From Cellulosimicrobium sp. (GTDB lineage Bacteria; Actinomycetota; Actinomycetes; Actinomycetales; Cellulomonadaceae): a stretch of DNA of 64,000 nucleotides. A program made the position numbers and the translations under genes. Each line of letters opens with the position of its first letter. Position 1 is the stretch's first letter. The DNA is taken from positions 481-64,480 of the forward strand of contig JAQSXO010000001.1 in NCBI GenBank assembly GCA_029256625.1. The letters run 5' to 3'. The notes beneath the pieces were generated by a model. That model was not told the origin of the DNA. It worked only from the letters and a program-made list of their open reading frames with translations, and did not search any database. This document shows, in pieces, positions 1 to 9,448 of this stretch.

Positions 1-205
1 TGACCAGGCGCGCGCGAAGGGCGCCCGCCTGCGCGCGTCGCGGTCCGGGGAACAGCGCACGGGCTTCGGCGCCTGAGCGACGCGCCGTGAGTTTCTGCGG
101 CGCGAAGGTCTCGGGGTAGCCTGCTGGCGCGTTCCGCGACGCAGGGGGCCGGGCCGGTGACGGTCCGCGGCGGGTCGGTCCGACACCCACCCGGAGAAGC
201 TCCCC

Positions 206-2302
206 GTGACAGCCCTTCAGGATTTCCGTGCGCCGACCGCGCCGTCCCGCGGGACACCCGGTGCTGCCGCGACGTCCGGCGCGGTCCGCCGGCACGCACG
301 ACCCCGCGCCGCGACCTCGCGCGAGGGGTACCGCTACGACCTCGACGGCCTGCGGGCCGTCGCGATCCTGCTCGTCGTGGTCTACCACGTCTGGCTCGGT
401 CGGGTCTCGGGCGGCGTGGACGTGTTCCTCATGCTCTCGGCGTTCTTCCTCACGGGCTCGTTCGCGCGCCGCCTGAGCGCGGGTCGACCGGTCGCCGTCG
501 GGCCCTACTGGGCACGGACGTTCAAGCGCCTCGTCCCGGTCTCGGCGGTGGTCCTCGTCGGCGTGCTCGGCACCGCCTACCTGCTCTACCCGCCGTCGTC
601 GTGGCCGTCGGTCTGGACGCAGACGTGGACGTCGCTGGGCTACGTCCAGAACTGGGAGCTCGCGCGGGAGGCGGTCGACTACTACGCCCGCGACGGCGCG
701 ACCGCGAGCCCGCTCCAGCACTACTGGTCGCTCTCGGTCCAGGGCCAGGTCTTCGTCCTGTGGCCGCTCCTCCTGCTGCTGTCGGGCCTCGTCGTCCGAC
801 GCCTGCGGGTCTCCGTCACACCGGTGCTCCTGACGGTGTTCGGGACCGTGTTCGCGACGTCGCTCGCGTTCTCCGTCGTCGAGACGGCGACGAACCAGGG
901 TCTCGCCTACTTCGACACGAGGACGCGACTGTGGGAGTTCGCCCTCGGCTCCCTCGTGGCGGTCGTGCTGCCGTCCGTCCGACTTCCCGCGCGGGCGGCG
1001 GTCGTGGTGGGCTGGGCAGGGCTCGCCCTGATCGTGACGTGCGGCCTCGTGCTCGACGTCCAGGGCGGCTTCCCGGGCTACTACGCCCTGTGGCCCACCG
1101 TGGCGGCCGCGGCCGTCATCGTCGCCGGGACGTCGTACCACCCGTGGGCGGTGGGCAACGCGCTCGCCCACCCGGTGCTCCGCTCGCTCGGTCGGGACGC
1201 CTATGCCCTCTACCTCGTGCACTGGCCGCTGCTCATCACCTGGCGGGTGGTGACCGGTCGCCTGGTCCCGTCCTGGTACGAGGGCGCGGTGGTCGTGGCG
1301 GCCTCGCTCGTCCTCGCCCGGGTCCTCACCACGCTCGTCGAGCGACCGGTCCGGGACCTGTCGTGGGCGCGAGCAGCGCCCGGGCGGGAGGTGGCGACGG
1401 TGCTCGTCGCGGCGGCTCTGGTCGTCGCCCCGCTCGCGGCGTGGCAGCGAGCGGAGACGGTCCGTGCGCAGAGCGCGCTCGCAGGAGCGTCCCTGAACAA
1501 CCCCGGTGCGCGAGCACTCCTGCCGGGCTACAAGGAGCAAGGGGAGCCGGGCGCACCGGCGATACCCGCGGCGACGGATCTCGGCTCGCAGTGGGTGTCC
1601 CTCTCCGAGCTCTGCGACGGGGCGCTCGAGCCCGACGCCCGCGAGCTCGCGAAGAGGTGCGGGCAGCTCGTCTCGGAGCAGCCCGGGGCGCCGACCGTCG
1701 TCGCGGTCGGGGACTCGCACAGCGAGCAGTACCTCGGGGCGTTGATCCCCATCGCCGAACGGGAAGGATGGACCCTGGTCTACGTCCTGCGTGGCGGGTG
1801 CTCCTTCGGCCTCGGAGACCATCCGTGCAGCGACTGGAACGAGCAGGTCCTCGAGTACGTCGAGAAGGTCGGACCCGACGCGATCTTCACGGTCGTGACC
1901 GCGGCCCAGCCGGACGGCACGGGCGAGCACGTCGTCGAAGGGCTCCAGGAGGCTGTCGACGAGCTGCGGGCGAGCGACATCGACGTCATCGGCGTTCGCG
2001 ACAACCCGCGATTCTCCTTCGACGTCTTCGCGTGCGCGGAGTCGAACGGGCCCGACTCGGCAGAATGCCGTCGTGACCTCCGGGACTTGAGCGCACCCGT
2101 GAGCCCGGCCGCCTCGCTGGAGCTGAGCGACGGCTCGGTGCTCGTCGACCTCCTGGACGTCGTGTGTCCTGGGGGAGTCTGCGGCCCCGTGGTCGGGAAC
2201 GTCCACGTGTTCCTCGACGACAACCATCTGAGCTGGGACTACGCCAAGACGCTCGAGCCGTTCCTCGAGGAGCGGATCAGCGGATGGTCCCGCGGGGGGT
2301 GA
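206..2302 (+). CDS. Acyltransferase family 3 (OafA/OatA-like) with C-terminal SGNH domain; glycan O-acetyltransferase
   Basis: RYDLDGLRAVAI, GVDVFLMLSAF, LQHYWSLSVQGQ, TRLWEF, YALYLVHWP in a multi-TM region; C-terminal GDSHS and DDNH motifs. Confidence 0.9.
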   Translation: MTALQDFRAPTAPSRGTPGAAATSGAVRRHARPRAATSREGYRYDLDGLRAVAILLVVVYHVWLGRVSGGVDVFLMLSAFFLTGSFARRLSAGRPVAVGPYWARTFKRLVPVSAVVLVGVLGTAYLLYPPSSWPSVWTQTWTSLGYVQNWELAREAVDYYARDGATASPLQHYWSLSVQGQVFVLWPLLLLLSGLVVRRLRVSVTPVLLTVFGTVFATSLAFSVVETATNQGLAYFDTRTRLWEFALGSLVAVVLPSVRLPARAAVVVGWAGLALIVTCGLVLDVQGGFPGYYALWPTVAAAAVIVAGTSYHPWAVGNALAHPVLRSLGRDAYALYLVHWPLLITWRVVTGRLVPSWYEGAVVVAASLVLARVLTTLVERPVRDLSWARAAPGREVATVLVAAALVVAPLAAWQRAETVRAQSALAGASLNNPGARALLPGYKEQGEPGAPAIPAATDLGSQWVSLSELCDGALEPDARELAKRCGQLVSEQPGAPTVVAVGDSHSEQYLGALIPIAEREGWTLVYVLRGGCSFGLGDHPCSDWNEQVLEYVEKVGPDAIFTVVTAAQPDGTGEHVVEGLQEAVDELRASDIDVIGVRDNPRFSFDVFACAESNGPDSAECRRDLRDLSAPVSPAASLELSDGSVLVDLLDVVCPGGVCGPVVGNVHVFLDDNHLSWDYAKTLEPFLEERISGWSRGG

Positions 2303-2320
2303 GCGAGGGCAGGGAGCGCC

Positions 2321-3766
2321 TCACGGCATGCCCCCGACCTGGCCCGGCGGCAGGTTGCCGTCGCGGACGTCGACCCAGAACTGACCGACCGTCTCGGGGT
2401 CGAGCTGCACCGTCGACCCGACGTTGCCCCCCGGACGGAAGTCGGGGTTCGAGATCGGCGGCGTGCCCGTGATGCCGTCGGGACCGTTCGCCTTGCGGAA
2501 CGCCAGGGCGAGCTTGCCGAGGTCGATGATGCCGGTGCTCTGGTCGACCGTGAGAGCCCCGAGCCCGGAGTCCAGCAGCGAGACCTGGTCGAGGGGCCGG
2601 AAGAGGATGCTCGGGTCGGCCGCCTTCGAGCTGATGGCGCCGATGACCTGGCGCTGGCGCTCGGCGCGCCCGATGTCCCCCTGCGGGTCGGAGTACCGCA
2701 TCCGCGAGAACGCGAGCGCGGTGCGGCCGTCGGCGACGTGGCACCCCGCCGTCCAGACGAGCTCGCTGCGCTCGTCGTTCACGTCGTAGTCGAGGCACAG
2801 CTCGACGCCGCCGACCGCGTCGACGATGCCCTCGACCCCACCGAACCCGACCTCGACGTAGTGGTCGACGGTCAGGCCGGTGAGCTGCTCGACGGTCTGG
2901 ACGAGCAGCGGCGGGCCGCCCCACGAGTAGGCCGAGTTGAGCTTGCTCGCGCCGTTGCCGGGGATCTCGGCGTACGTGTCGCGCGGGAGGCTGATGAGCG
3001 CGACCGGGCCGCTCGGCGGGGCGTGCAGCACCATGATCGTGTCCGTGCGCGCACCCTCGGTGCCGTCCTCGCTGATGCCCTCGCCCCGCGCGTCCGAGCC
3101 GGCGAGGAGGTAGGTGCTCCCGGGCGTACCGGGGGCGCCGGAGAGCGCGTCGACGTGCTGGATCTTGCCGTTGGCCCAGATCAGCAGCCCCACGGGCCAT
3201 GCGAGGAGCGCGACGATCACGACGCACGCGACGAGCCCGACGACGCGACCCTTGCGCACGCGGAACCCGCCCCCGCCGGTCCGGGACGTCCCCTTGCCCG
3301 ACGGCGGTCGCCCGCCCCCACCGCCGGGTCGACCGGTGCTCGGACGAGGGGCGGCGTCGGGACGGCTCCGCGTGGTCACGGGGACGGCCCGGGCACCCGC
3401 GTGCGGCGACGACGAGACGCGTGCCGGTGTCGGCGTGGCGTTCCGGGACTGACGTGACGGGGAGACGGAGGGCGGCAGCGCCGACGCCTCGGAGCTCGAT
3501 CGTGGGCGCGCGCTGCGCGCCGGAGGCGCCGGCGGGGGCGTGCCCTTGCGCGCGGGTGTCACGGGGATCTCGCGCGACGACTGGCGCTTGATGCGCGGCT
3601 CGAGGCGCACGGCGTCGTCCGGCGCGGTAGGGCGGGGCCGCGCCTGAGCGCGCCCGCTGTTGCCCACGGCGATCGCATCGTCGACGGACGACGGACGCGG
3701 TGCACGGCCGCCCTGGGGCGTGAAGCTCGGGGGGAGCGACCGGGGGTCGCGCGACGGGTCCGTCAT
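2321..3766 (-). CDS. LCP (LytR-CpsA-Psr) family glycopolymer-peptidoglycan ligase with long Pro/Arg-rich N-terminus
   Basis: LLAGSDAR, RTDTIMV, SLPRD, KLNSAY, ALAFSRMRY, GDIGRAERQ; one TM helix; start reassigned to ATG at 3766 (MTDPS), 4 nt after the upstream stop. Confidence 0.9.
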   Translation of the reverse strand: MTDPSRDPRSLPPSFTPQGGRAPRPSSVDDAIAVGNSGRAQARPRPTAPDDAVRLEPRIKRQSSREIPVTPARKGTPPPAPPARSARPRSSSEASALPPSVSPSRQSRNATPTPARVSSSPHAGARAVPVTTRSRPDAAPRPSTGRPGGGGGRPPSGKGTSRTGGGGFRVRKGRVVGLVACVVIVALLAWPVGLLIWANGKIQHVDALSGAPGTPGSTYLLAGSDARGEGISEDGTEGARTDTIMVLHAPPSGPVALISLPRDTYAEIPGNGASKLNSAYSWGGPPLLVQTVEQLTGLTVDHYVEVGFGGVEGIVDAVGGVELCLDYDVNDERSELVWTAGCHVADGRTALAFSRMRYSDPQGDIGRAERQRQVIGAISSKAADPSILFRPLDQVSLLDSGLGALTVDQSTGIIDLGKLALAFRKANGPDGITGTPPISNPDFRPGGNVGSTVQLDPETVGQFWVDVRDGNLPPGQVGGMP

Positions 3767-3770
3767 GGCG

Positions 3771-5063
3771 TCACCCGCACTGCGCGGTCTCGTCGGCGGC
3801 GGAGAACGCCTCCTTGCCGGCTTCCTTCGTCTGCACCGGAGCCGGTTCCGTCGCGGTCCCGCCGACCCCCTCGGGCGTCTCCTCGGCGCCCGACGGCGGG
3901 GCGGTGGCACCCGTGGCGGCGTCGGCACCGGTGCCGGCCGTGGGCTCCTCCGGCGACGGGGCGACGATCGGCTCGTCGGCGCGCACCTTCGCCCACAGCT
4001 CGTCGGCCTCCGGGGTCCAGACGACCGTCGCGTCGGGATCCTGCGGGTCTGCCGTGTTCGGGACGGTCATGAAGGTGATGTTGCCACTCGACGCGCCCTT
4101 GAGGCTGAAGGCGAGCCCGGCGAGGCTCGGGATCGACGACAGGTTGTCGCTCATCGTCAACGACCTGGTGCCCGCGTCGACGAACCCGTAGATCTGGCCG
4201 AGGTCCGAGAGCACGTTCTTCGACAGGACCTGGTTCACGGTCGCCGCGAGGAGCTGCTGCTGGCGGCCGATGCGGCTCAGGTCCGACCCGTCGCCCACGC
4301 CGTAGCGAGCACGGGCGAATCCCAGCGCCTGGGTACCGTCCAGCGTCTGCCAGCCGGCGGCGAGCTGGAGGTCCGCCTTGGGCGAGTCGATCGCCTCGGG
4401 GATGCAGATGGGGACGCCCCCGATCGCGGTGACCATGTTCTGGAAGCCCGCGAAGTCGACCACGACGAAGCCGTCGACGAACACGTCGGTCAGGCTCTCG
4501 ACGGTCTGCGTCGTGCACGCCGCGGCCGAGTCGACGTCGCCACCGACCGTCGCGCCGTTCGCGAACGCGGCGTTGAAGCGCGTGTTCGCGGGTGCGGTGG
4601 TCTTGCCGTTCGTCGTGTTGCACGCCGGGACGTCGACGCGCGAGTCGCGCGGGATCGAGACCATCTCCACACGCGAGCGGTCCGCGGAGAGGTGCACGAG
4701 GATCGTCGTGTCCGAGCGCATCCCCTCGACGCCGGCGACCTCGTGGCCGTTCTCGCCCCCGCGTTCGTCGGAGCCCATCACGAGGATGTTGAGCGGCTTC
4801 CCGGCGTTGGGGTCGCTCGGGTCCGGCGTGGGCTGCTCAGGTCGGTCCGTGACGAGCTCGAGCCCGTTCGAGGCGGAGATGTTGCCGCCGATGCTCGAGA
4901 GCGCAGAGGCGCCGCCGACGGCACCGAAGGCGAGCGCCGCGGTGGCGACGAGACCGACCGAGCGCGCGATGCCGTGAGTCCGGATCGCCCGGGCGTGCGC
5001 GGGCCCGCGCGACGGCTCGGGGGCCGCCGCATCGCGGGTCTGGGCACGGGATCGGGACGTCAC
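3771..5063 (-). CDS. LCP family protein (second, tandem copy)
   Basis: NILVMGSDER, RSDTTIL, SIPRDS, RFNAAF, ALGFARARY, SDLSRIGRQQ; GTG at 5063 chosen because TATGCT lies 8 nt upstream. Confidence 0.9.
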   Translation of the reverse strand: MTSRSRAQTRDAAAPEPSRGPAHARAIRTHGIARSVGLVATAALAFGAVGGASALSSIGGNISASNGLELVTDRPEQPTPDPSDPNAGKPLNILVMGSDERGGENGHEVAGVEGMRSDTTILVHLSADRSRVEMVSIPRDSRVDVPACNTTNGKTTAPANTRFNAAFANGATVGGDVDSAAACTTQTVESLTDVFVDGFVVVDFAGFQNMVTAIGGVPICIPEAIDSPKADLQLAAGWQTLDGTQALGFARARYGVGDGSDLSRIGRQQQLLAATVNQVLSKNVLSDLGQIYGFVDAGTRSLTMSDNLSSIPSLAGLAFSLKGASSGNITFMTVPNTADPQDPDATVVWTPEADELWAKVRADEPIVAPSPEEPTAGTGADAATGATAPPSGAEETPEGVGGTATEPAPVQTKEAGKEAFSAADETAQCG

Positions 5064-5139
5064 GGAAGTCGAGCATAGGTTGCGGGTGCGGGTCCGTGGA
5101 GCGGGCCCGGGGCCCAGCGGGTGGAGGACTTGTGCAGGC

Positions 5140-5532
5140 TCACGCCGGATCGTCGCGCCGGTCCGCGGCGGTGTCTCCCGATCCGGGGGCACCGTCCTCG
5201 GGACGCGCGAGCCTGGCCTCGGCGAGGCTCAGCTCGCGGGCGAGCAGCGTGATCTTGCGGGAGAGGAGGTTGGCGCGCCGATGGCTCGTCGCGATGTAGC
5301 TGACGAACGCGATGACGAGCGCGTAGAGGAGCAGGTCGGTGCCGCGGCCGACGCCCATCGCCTTGGCGACGTAGGTCAGCCACGCCGGGTAGAGGACGGA
5401 CACGACGGCGACGACGACGAACCCCACGAGCAGCAGACGTCGGATGGCCTGGTGCCGCGCATTGGCCGTCGACCTCGTGAGGAGGACGGTGACGACCCCG
5501 ATCGCGACGACGAGGACGATCTCGATGAGCAT
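5140..5532 (-). CDS. DUF2304 small membrane protein (Rv3632-like partner of polyprenyl-phosphate sugar synthase)
   Basis: Three TM segments, GVGRGTDLLLY motif, C-terminal KITLLARELSL; directly downstream of a GT2. Confidence 0.85.
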   Translation of the reverse strand: MLIEIVLVVAIGVVTVLLTRSTANARHQAIRRLLLVGFVVVAVVSVLYPAWLTYVAKAMGVGRGTDLLLYALVIAFVSYIATSHRRANLLSRKITLLARELSLAEARLARPEDGAPGSGDTAADRRDDPA

Positions 5533-5545
5533 GACGTGCTCCGCC

Positions 5546-6274
5546 CTACTTGAAGACGAGGTCGACGAGGATGTTGACCGAGTTCCACAGCGACTGGCCC
5601 TTGGACCGGGAGTAGTCCGTGTAGAGCAGGTGCACGGGGTACTCCCGCCACGGGAGCCGCGTGCGTCCGAGCTGGAGCACGATCTCGCTCGCGTGGGCCA
5701 TGCGGTCCTGCTGCAGGTTGACGCCGCGTGCTGCGTCCACCCGCACGACGCGCAGGCCGTTGTGCGCGTCGGTGAGTCGCAGGCCCGTGCTCTTGTTGGT
5801 GAACCAGACGGCCGTGCCGAGGACCAGCCGCTTGAGCAGGCCGGGCCGCGTCCGGGAGTCGAGGAAGCGCGACCCGAACACGATGGCCACGTCCTCCTGA
5901 CGAGCGAGGTCGACCATCGCCGCGGCGTCGTCCACCTGGTGCTGGCCGTCGGCGTCGAACGTCACGAGGTAGTGGATGCCGGGAAGGCTCCGGGCGTACT
6001 CGATACCGGTCTGGAGAGCGGCCCCCTGGCCGAGGTTGACCGCATGACGCAGCACGACGGCGCCCGCCTCGCGGGCCTGCTCGCCCGAGTCGTCCGAGCT
6101 GCCGTCGTCGATGCACACGACGTGCGGAAAGGTCACCATCGCGTCCTTCACGACCTGACCGATCACGGCGCCCTCGTTGTACAGGGGCACGACGAGGCAG
6201 ACGTCGTCGTAGCGCGCCTTCCCGAGGGGCGCGCGACGAGGTGCCACGGCGTCCGATTCGTGCATGGTGACCAT
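5546..6274 (-). CDS. GT2 glycosyltransferase, polyprenol-phosphate sugar synthase type (PpgS/Rv3631-like)
   Basis: VVPLYNE, IDDGSSD, HAVNLGQGAALQTG, TFDADGQH, GSRFL, TDAHNGLR, YTDYSRSKGQS; start is 6274 or 6265. Confidence 0.85.
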   Translation of the reverse strand: MVTMHESDAVAPRRAPLGKARYDDVCLVVPLYNEGAVIGQVVKDAMVTFPHVVCIDDGSSDDSGEQAREAGAVVLRHAVNLGQGAALQTGIEYARSLPGIHYLVTFDADGQHQVDDAAAMVDLARQEDVAIVFGSRFLDSRTRPGLLKRLVLGTAVWFTNKSTGLRLTDAHNGLRVVRVDAARGVNLQQDRMAHASEIVLQLGRTRLPWREYPVHLLYTDYSRSKGQSLWNSVNILVDLVFK

Positions 6275-6401
6275 TGTTGCAGCCCGGGACCGAGGCTCAG
6301 GACCTTGGTCGGTCGTTGCCACGGGTGGGGGACCGGTAGCCTTGCCGTCGCGGCGCCGGGACCGGCCCGCGACGTGCAGACCGACGAAGGGCACCTAGGG
6401 C

Positions 6402-6998
6402 ATGGGCGTGCGCATCGCGCAGAGCGCCGACGTCGCCGAGGACGCGACGATCGGTGACGGAAGTCAGATCTGGCACCTCGCGCAGGTGCGCGAGGGCGTC
6501 ACGATGGGGGAGGGCTGCGTCGTCGGGCGCGGCGCCTACGTCGGAACCGGCGTGCAGATGGGCCGGAACTGCAAGGTGCAGAACTATGCGCTCGTGTACG
6601 AGCCGGCGTCCCTGGCCGACGGCGTGTTCATCGGCCCGGCCGTGGTCCTCACCAACGACACCTACCCCCGCGCCGTGAACCCCGACGGGTCGCTCAAGAG
6701 CGCGGACGACTGGCACGCGGTGGGGGTGACGATCGGCGAGGGCGCCTCGATCGGGGCCCGCGCCGTGTGCGTCGCTCCCGTGACCGTCGGCGCGTGGGCC
6801 ACGGTGGCCGCCGGCGCGGTGGTCACCAAGGACGTGCCCGAGCACGCGATCGTCGTCGGGGTCCCGGCGCGACGCGTCGGCTGGGTGGGCCGTGCCGGCC
6901 AGCCCCTGCGGCGCGAGGGCGAGCACTGGGTGTGCCCCGTGACGGGCACGCGCTACGAAGAGCACGACGAGACCATCAGAGAGGTAGCGGCCGAATGA
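6402..6998 (+). CDS. Hexapeptide-repeat sugar N-acetyltransferase (WbpD/WlbB-like)
   Basis: Left-handed beta-helix repeats, IWHLAQVRE, KVQNYALVY, TNDTYPRA, VTKDVP..VGVPAR. Confidence 0.85.
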   Translation: MGVRIAQSADVAEDATIGDGSQIWHLAQVREGVTMGEGCVVGRGAYVGTGVQMGRNCKVQNYALVYEPASLADGVFIGPAVVLTNDTYPRAVNPDGSLKSADDWHAVGVTIGEGASIGARAVCVAPVTVGAWATVAAGAVVTKDVPEHAIVVGVPARRVGWVGRAGQPLRREGEHWVCPVTGTRYEEHDETIREVAAE

Positions 6999-8095
6999 GC
7001 CAGACACTGATCCCCGCGGCGAAGCCCATCGTGGGCGACGACGAGCGTGCGGCCGTGGACCGCGTCCTGCGCAGCGGGATGATCGCCCAGGGTCCCGAGG
7101 TCGCCGCGTTCGAGCAGGAGTTCGCGGACGTCCTCGTCGGCGGGCGCACGTCCGTCGCGGTGAACTCGGGCACGTCGGGTCTGCACCTCGGGCTCCTGGC
7201 CGCGGGCATCGGGCCCGGCGACGAGGTGATCGTCCCCTCGTTCACCTTCGCGGCGACGGCCAACTCGGTCGCTCTCACGGGCGCGACCCCGGTCTTCGCG
7301 GACATCGAGCCCGACTACTTCTGCCTCTCGCCCGACGCGGTGCGTGCCGCGATCACGGAGCGCACCAAGGCGATCATGCCCGTGCACCTCTACGGGCACC
7401 CGGCCGACATGGTGGCCCTCGGCGCGATCGCCGACGAGCACGGCCTCCAGCTCTTCGAGGACGCCGCCCAGGCGCACGGGGCGTCGCTCGGCGGGCGCCC
7501 GGTGGGCTCCTTCGGCTCGTTCGCGATGTTCAGCCTCTACCCGACGAAGAACATGACGTCGGGTGAGGGCGGCATGGTGTCGTGCGCGACGGACGAGATC
7601 GCGCGGAACGTCCGCCTGCTGCGCAACCAGGGGATGGAGCGTCAGTACGCCAACGAGGTCGTCGGGTTCAACGCGCGCATGACGGACGTCCACGCGGCCA
7701 TCGGCCGTGTGCAGCTCACCAAGGTCCAGGGCTGGACAGCCGACCGTCAGCGCAACGCCGCCTACCTCTCCGAGAACCTCGAGGGCGTCGTCACGCCGCC
7801 CGTCGCGGACGGTGCGGTGCACGTCTACCACCAGTACACGATCCGGGTCGCCGACGACCGTGACCGCGTCGTGGCGGCGCTGCGCGAGGAGCACGGGGTC
7901 GGGTCGGGCGTCTACTACCCGATCCCGAACCACCGCCTCGAGAGCCTCAAGCACTTCGCGCCCGGCCTCGAGCTCGCCGAGACCGAGATCGCCGCGCAGC
8001 AGGTCATCTCGCTGCCCGTGCACCCGTCGCTGACGCAGGAGGACCTGGAGCGGATCGTGACCGGCGTCAACGCGGTCGTGAAGGCCGGTGCGTGA
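6995..8095 (+). CDS. DegT/DnrJ/EryC1/StrS sugar aminotransferase (WbpE-like)
   Basis: NSGTSGLHL, GPGDEVIVPSFTFAAT, EDAAQAHG, SLYPTKN (PLP lysine), GEGG; ATG overlaps the upstream stop (ATGA). Confidence 0.92.
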   Translation: MSQTLIPAAKPIVGDDERAAVDRVLRSGMIAQGPEVAAFEQEFADVLVGGRTSVAVNSGTSGLHLGLLAAGIGPGDEVIVPSFTFAATANSVALTGATPVFADIEPDYFCLSPDAVRAAITERTKAIMPVHLYGHPADMVALGAIADEHGLQLFEDAAQAHGASLGGRPVGSFGSFAMFSLYPTKNMTSGEGGMVSCATDEIARNVRLLRNQGMERQYANEVVGFNARMTDVHAAIGRVQLTKVQGWTADRQRNAAYLSENLEGVVTPPVADGAVHVYHQYTIRVADDRDRVVAALREEHGVGSGVYYPIPNHRLESLKHFAPGLELAETEIAAQQVISLPVHPSLTQEDLERIVTGVNAVVKAGA

Positions 8096-8230
8096 CAGCA
8101 GTCCGGCAGTGACTCCCGGCGCGTCGCGACCGGTCCGGACGCGGGGGCGGGTCCAGGCGTGAGCGCTCGGACCCGCTCACGGCGCCCGGCGGAGCCCATG
8201 GACCGCGTCGAGAGAGGGTACGGTCGCCCC

Positions 8231-9448
8231 GTGGAACGCCCGACCCGTGTCACGCTCGCCACGCGGATCTACCTGCCCGAGCCCGCCGCGGCGTCCTTCC
8301 GGCTCTCGGCCCTGACGTCGGCGCTGGCCGACGAGGGCGCCGACGTGACCGTCGTGACGTCGTCGGTGCCCCCCTCGATGGGGGTCGAGCCGCACCGTCG
8401 TGGTGTGCGCGTCCGCCGCCGCCCCGTGCTCCGGGACGCCAGCGGATATGTGCGCGGGTACCTGCCGTACCTGAGCTTCGACGTGCCGCTCTTCTTCCGG
8501 CTGCTGACGGGTCGGCGACCCCACGTGGTCGTGGCCGAGCCGCCCCCGACGACGGGTGCGGTGGTGCGCCTGGCGTGCGCGCTGCGGCGCGTTCCCTACG
8601 TGTACTACGCCGCGGACATCGTCTCGGACGCCGCGGGCTCGACGGGTGCGCCACGGTTCGTCGTCGGCGCGGTGCGCGCGCTCGAGCGCTTCGCGCTGCG
8701 CGGGGCGTCGTCGGTGCTCACGGTGACGGAGGCCGTCGAGGCACGAGCCTCGCAGCTCGGCGCCGCGCGGACGGCCATCGTGCGGCACGGCGTGGACACG
8801 GGTGTGTTCAACGCCGAGGTCGCGCCGCTCGCACCGGAGCAGCACGGCCCGTTCGCCGTGTACGCCGGCAACGCGTCGGAGTGGCACGGCGCCGAGGTCT
8901 TCCTCGAGGCCTGGCCGGACGTCGTCCGGGCGGTGCCGGGTGCGCGCCTCGTGTTCCTCGGTCGCGGCAGCATGCACGGCCGCCTCGCCGAGATGGCGGC
9001 AGCGATGCCCGACGGCGGCGCGAGCGTGACGTTCCTGCCGCAGCAGCCCGCCGACCAGGCCGCCCGTTGGCTCCGTGGCGCCGACGTCGCGCTCTCGAGC
9101 ATCCGGCCCGAGTCGGGGTACGAGTTCGCGATCCCCACCAAGGCGCTCGCCGCGATCGCGGTCGGCACGCGCGTGCTCCAGGCCGGGCCCGGTCCCGTCG
9201 GGCAGATCATCGAGCGTGCGGGCGCCGGGCAGGTCGTCCCGCACACCTCGGACGCGGTCGCGCTCGCGCTCGCGTCCATGCTGGAGACGCCGCCGTCGCG
9301 CGACGAGCGGCGTCGGGTCGCGGCGTGGGCCGAGGAGCACCTCTCGCTGCGCTCGACGTCGGCGTTCGCCGCTCGGCGCGTCCTGGACGCGGTCGTGCCC
9401 GGAGGCAGACCGAGGTCGAGCGAACGGAGCCGTGGTGCAGCTCGCTGA
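8231..9448 (+). CDS. GT4 glycosyltransferase (WbuB-like)
   Basis: RIYLPEPAAASFRL, EPPPTT, YYAADI, VYAGNASEWHG, AIPTK; GTG 6 nt after TACGGT; alternative ATG at 8198. Confidence 0.8.
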   Translation: MERPTRVTLATRIYLPEPAAASFRLSALTSALADEGADVTVVTSSVPPSMGVEPHRRGVRVRRRPVLRDASGYVRGYLPYLSFDVPLFFRLLTGRRPHVVVAEPPPTTGAVVRLACALRRVPYVYYAADIVSDAAGSTGAPRFVVGAVRALERFALRGASSVLTVTEAVEARASQLGAARTAIVRHGVDTGVFNAEVAPLAPEQHGPFAVYAGNASEWHGAEVFLEAWPDVVRAVPGARLVFLGRGSMHGRLAEMAAAMPDGGASVTFLPQQPADQAARWLRGADVALSSIRPESGYEFAIPTKALAAIAVGTRVLQAGPGPVGQIIERAGAGQVVPHTSDAVALALASMLETPPSRDERRRVAAWAEEHLSLRSTSAFAARRVLDAVVPGGRPRSSERSRGAAR

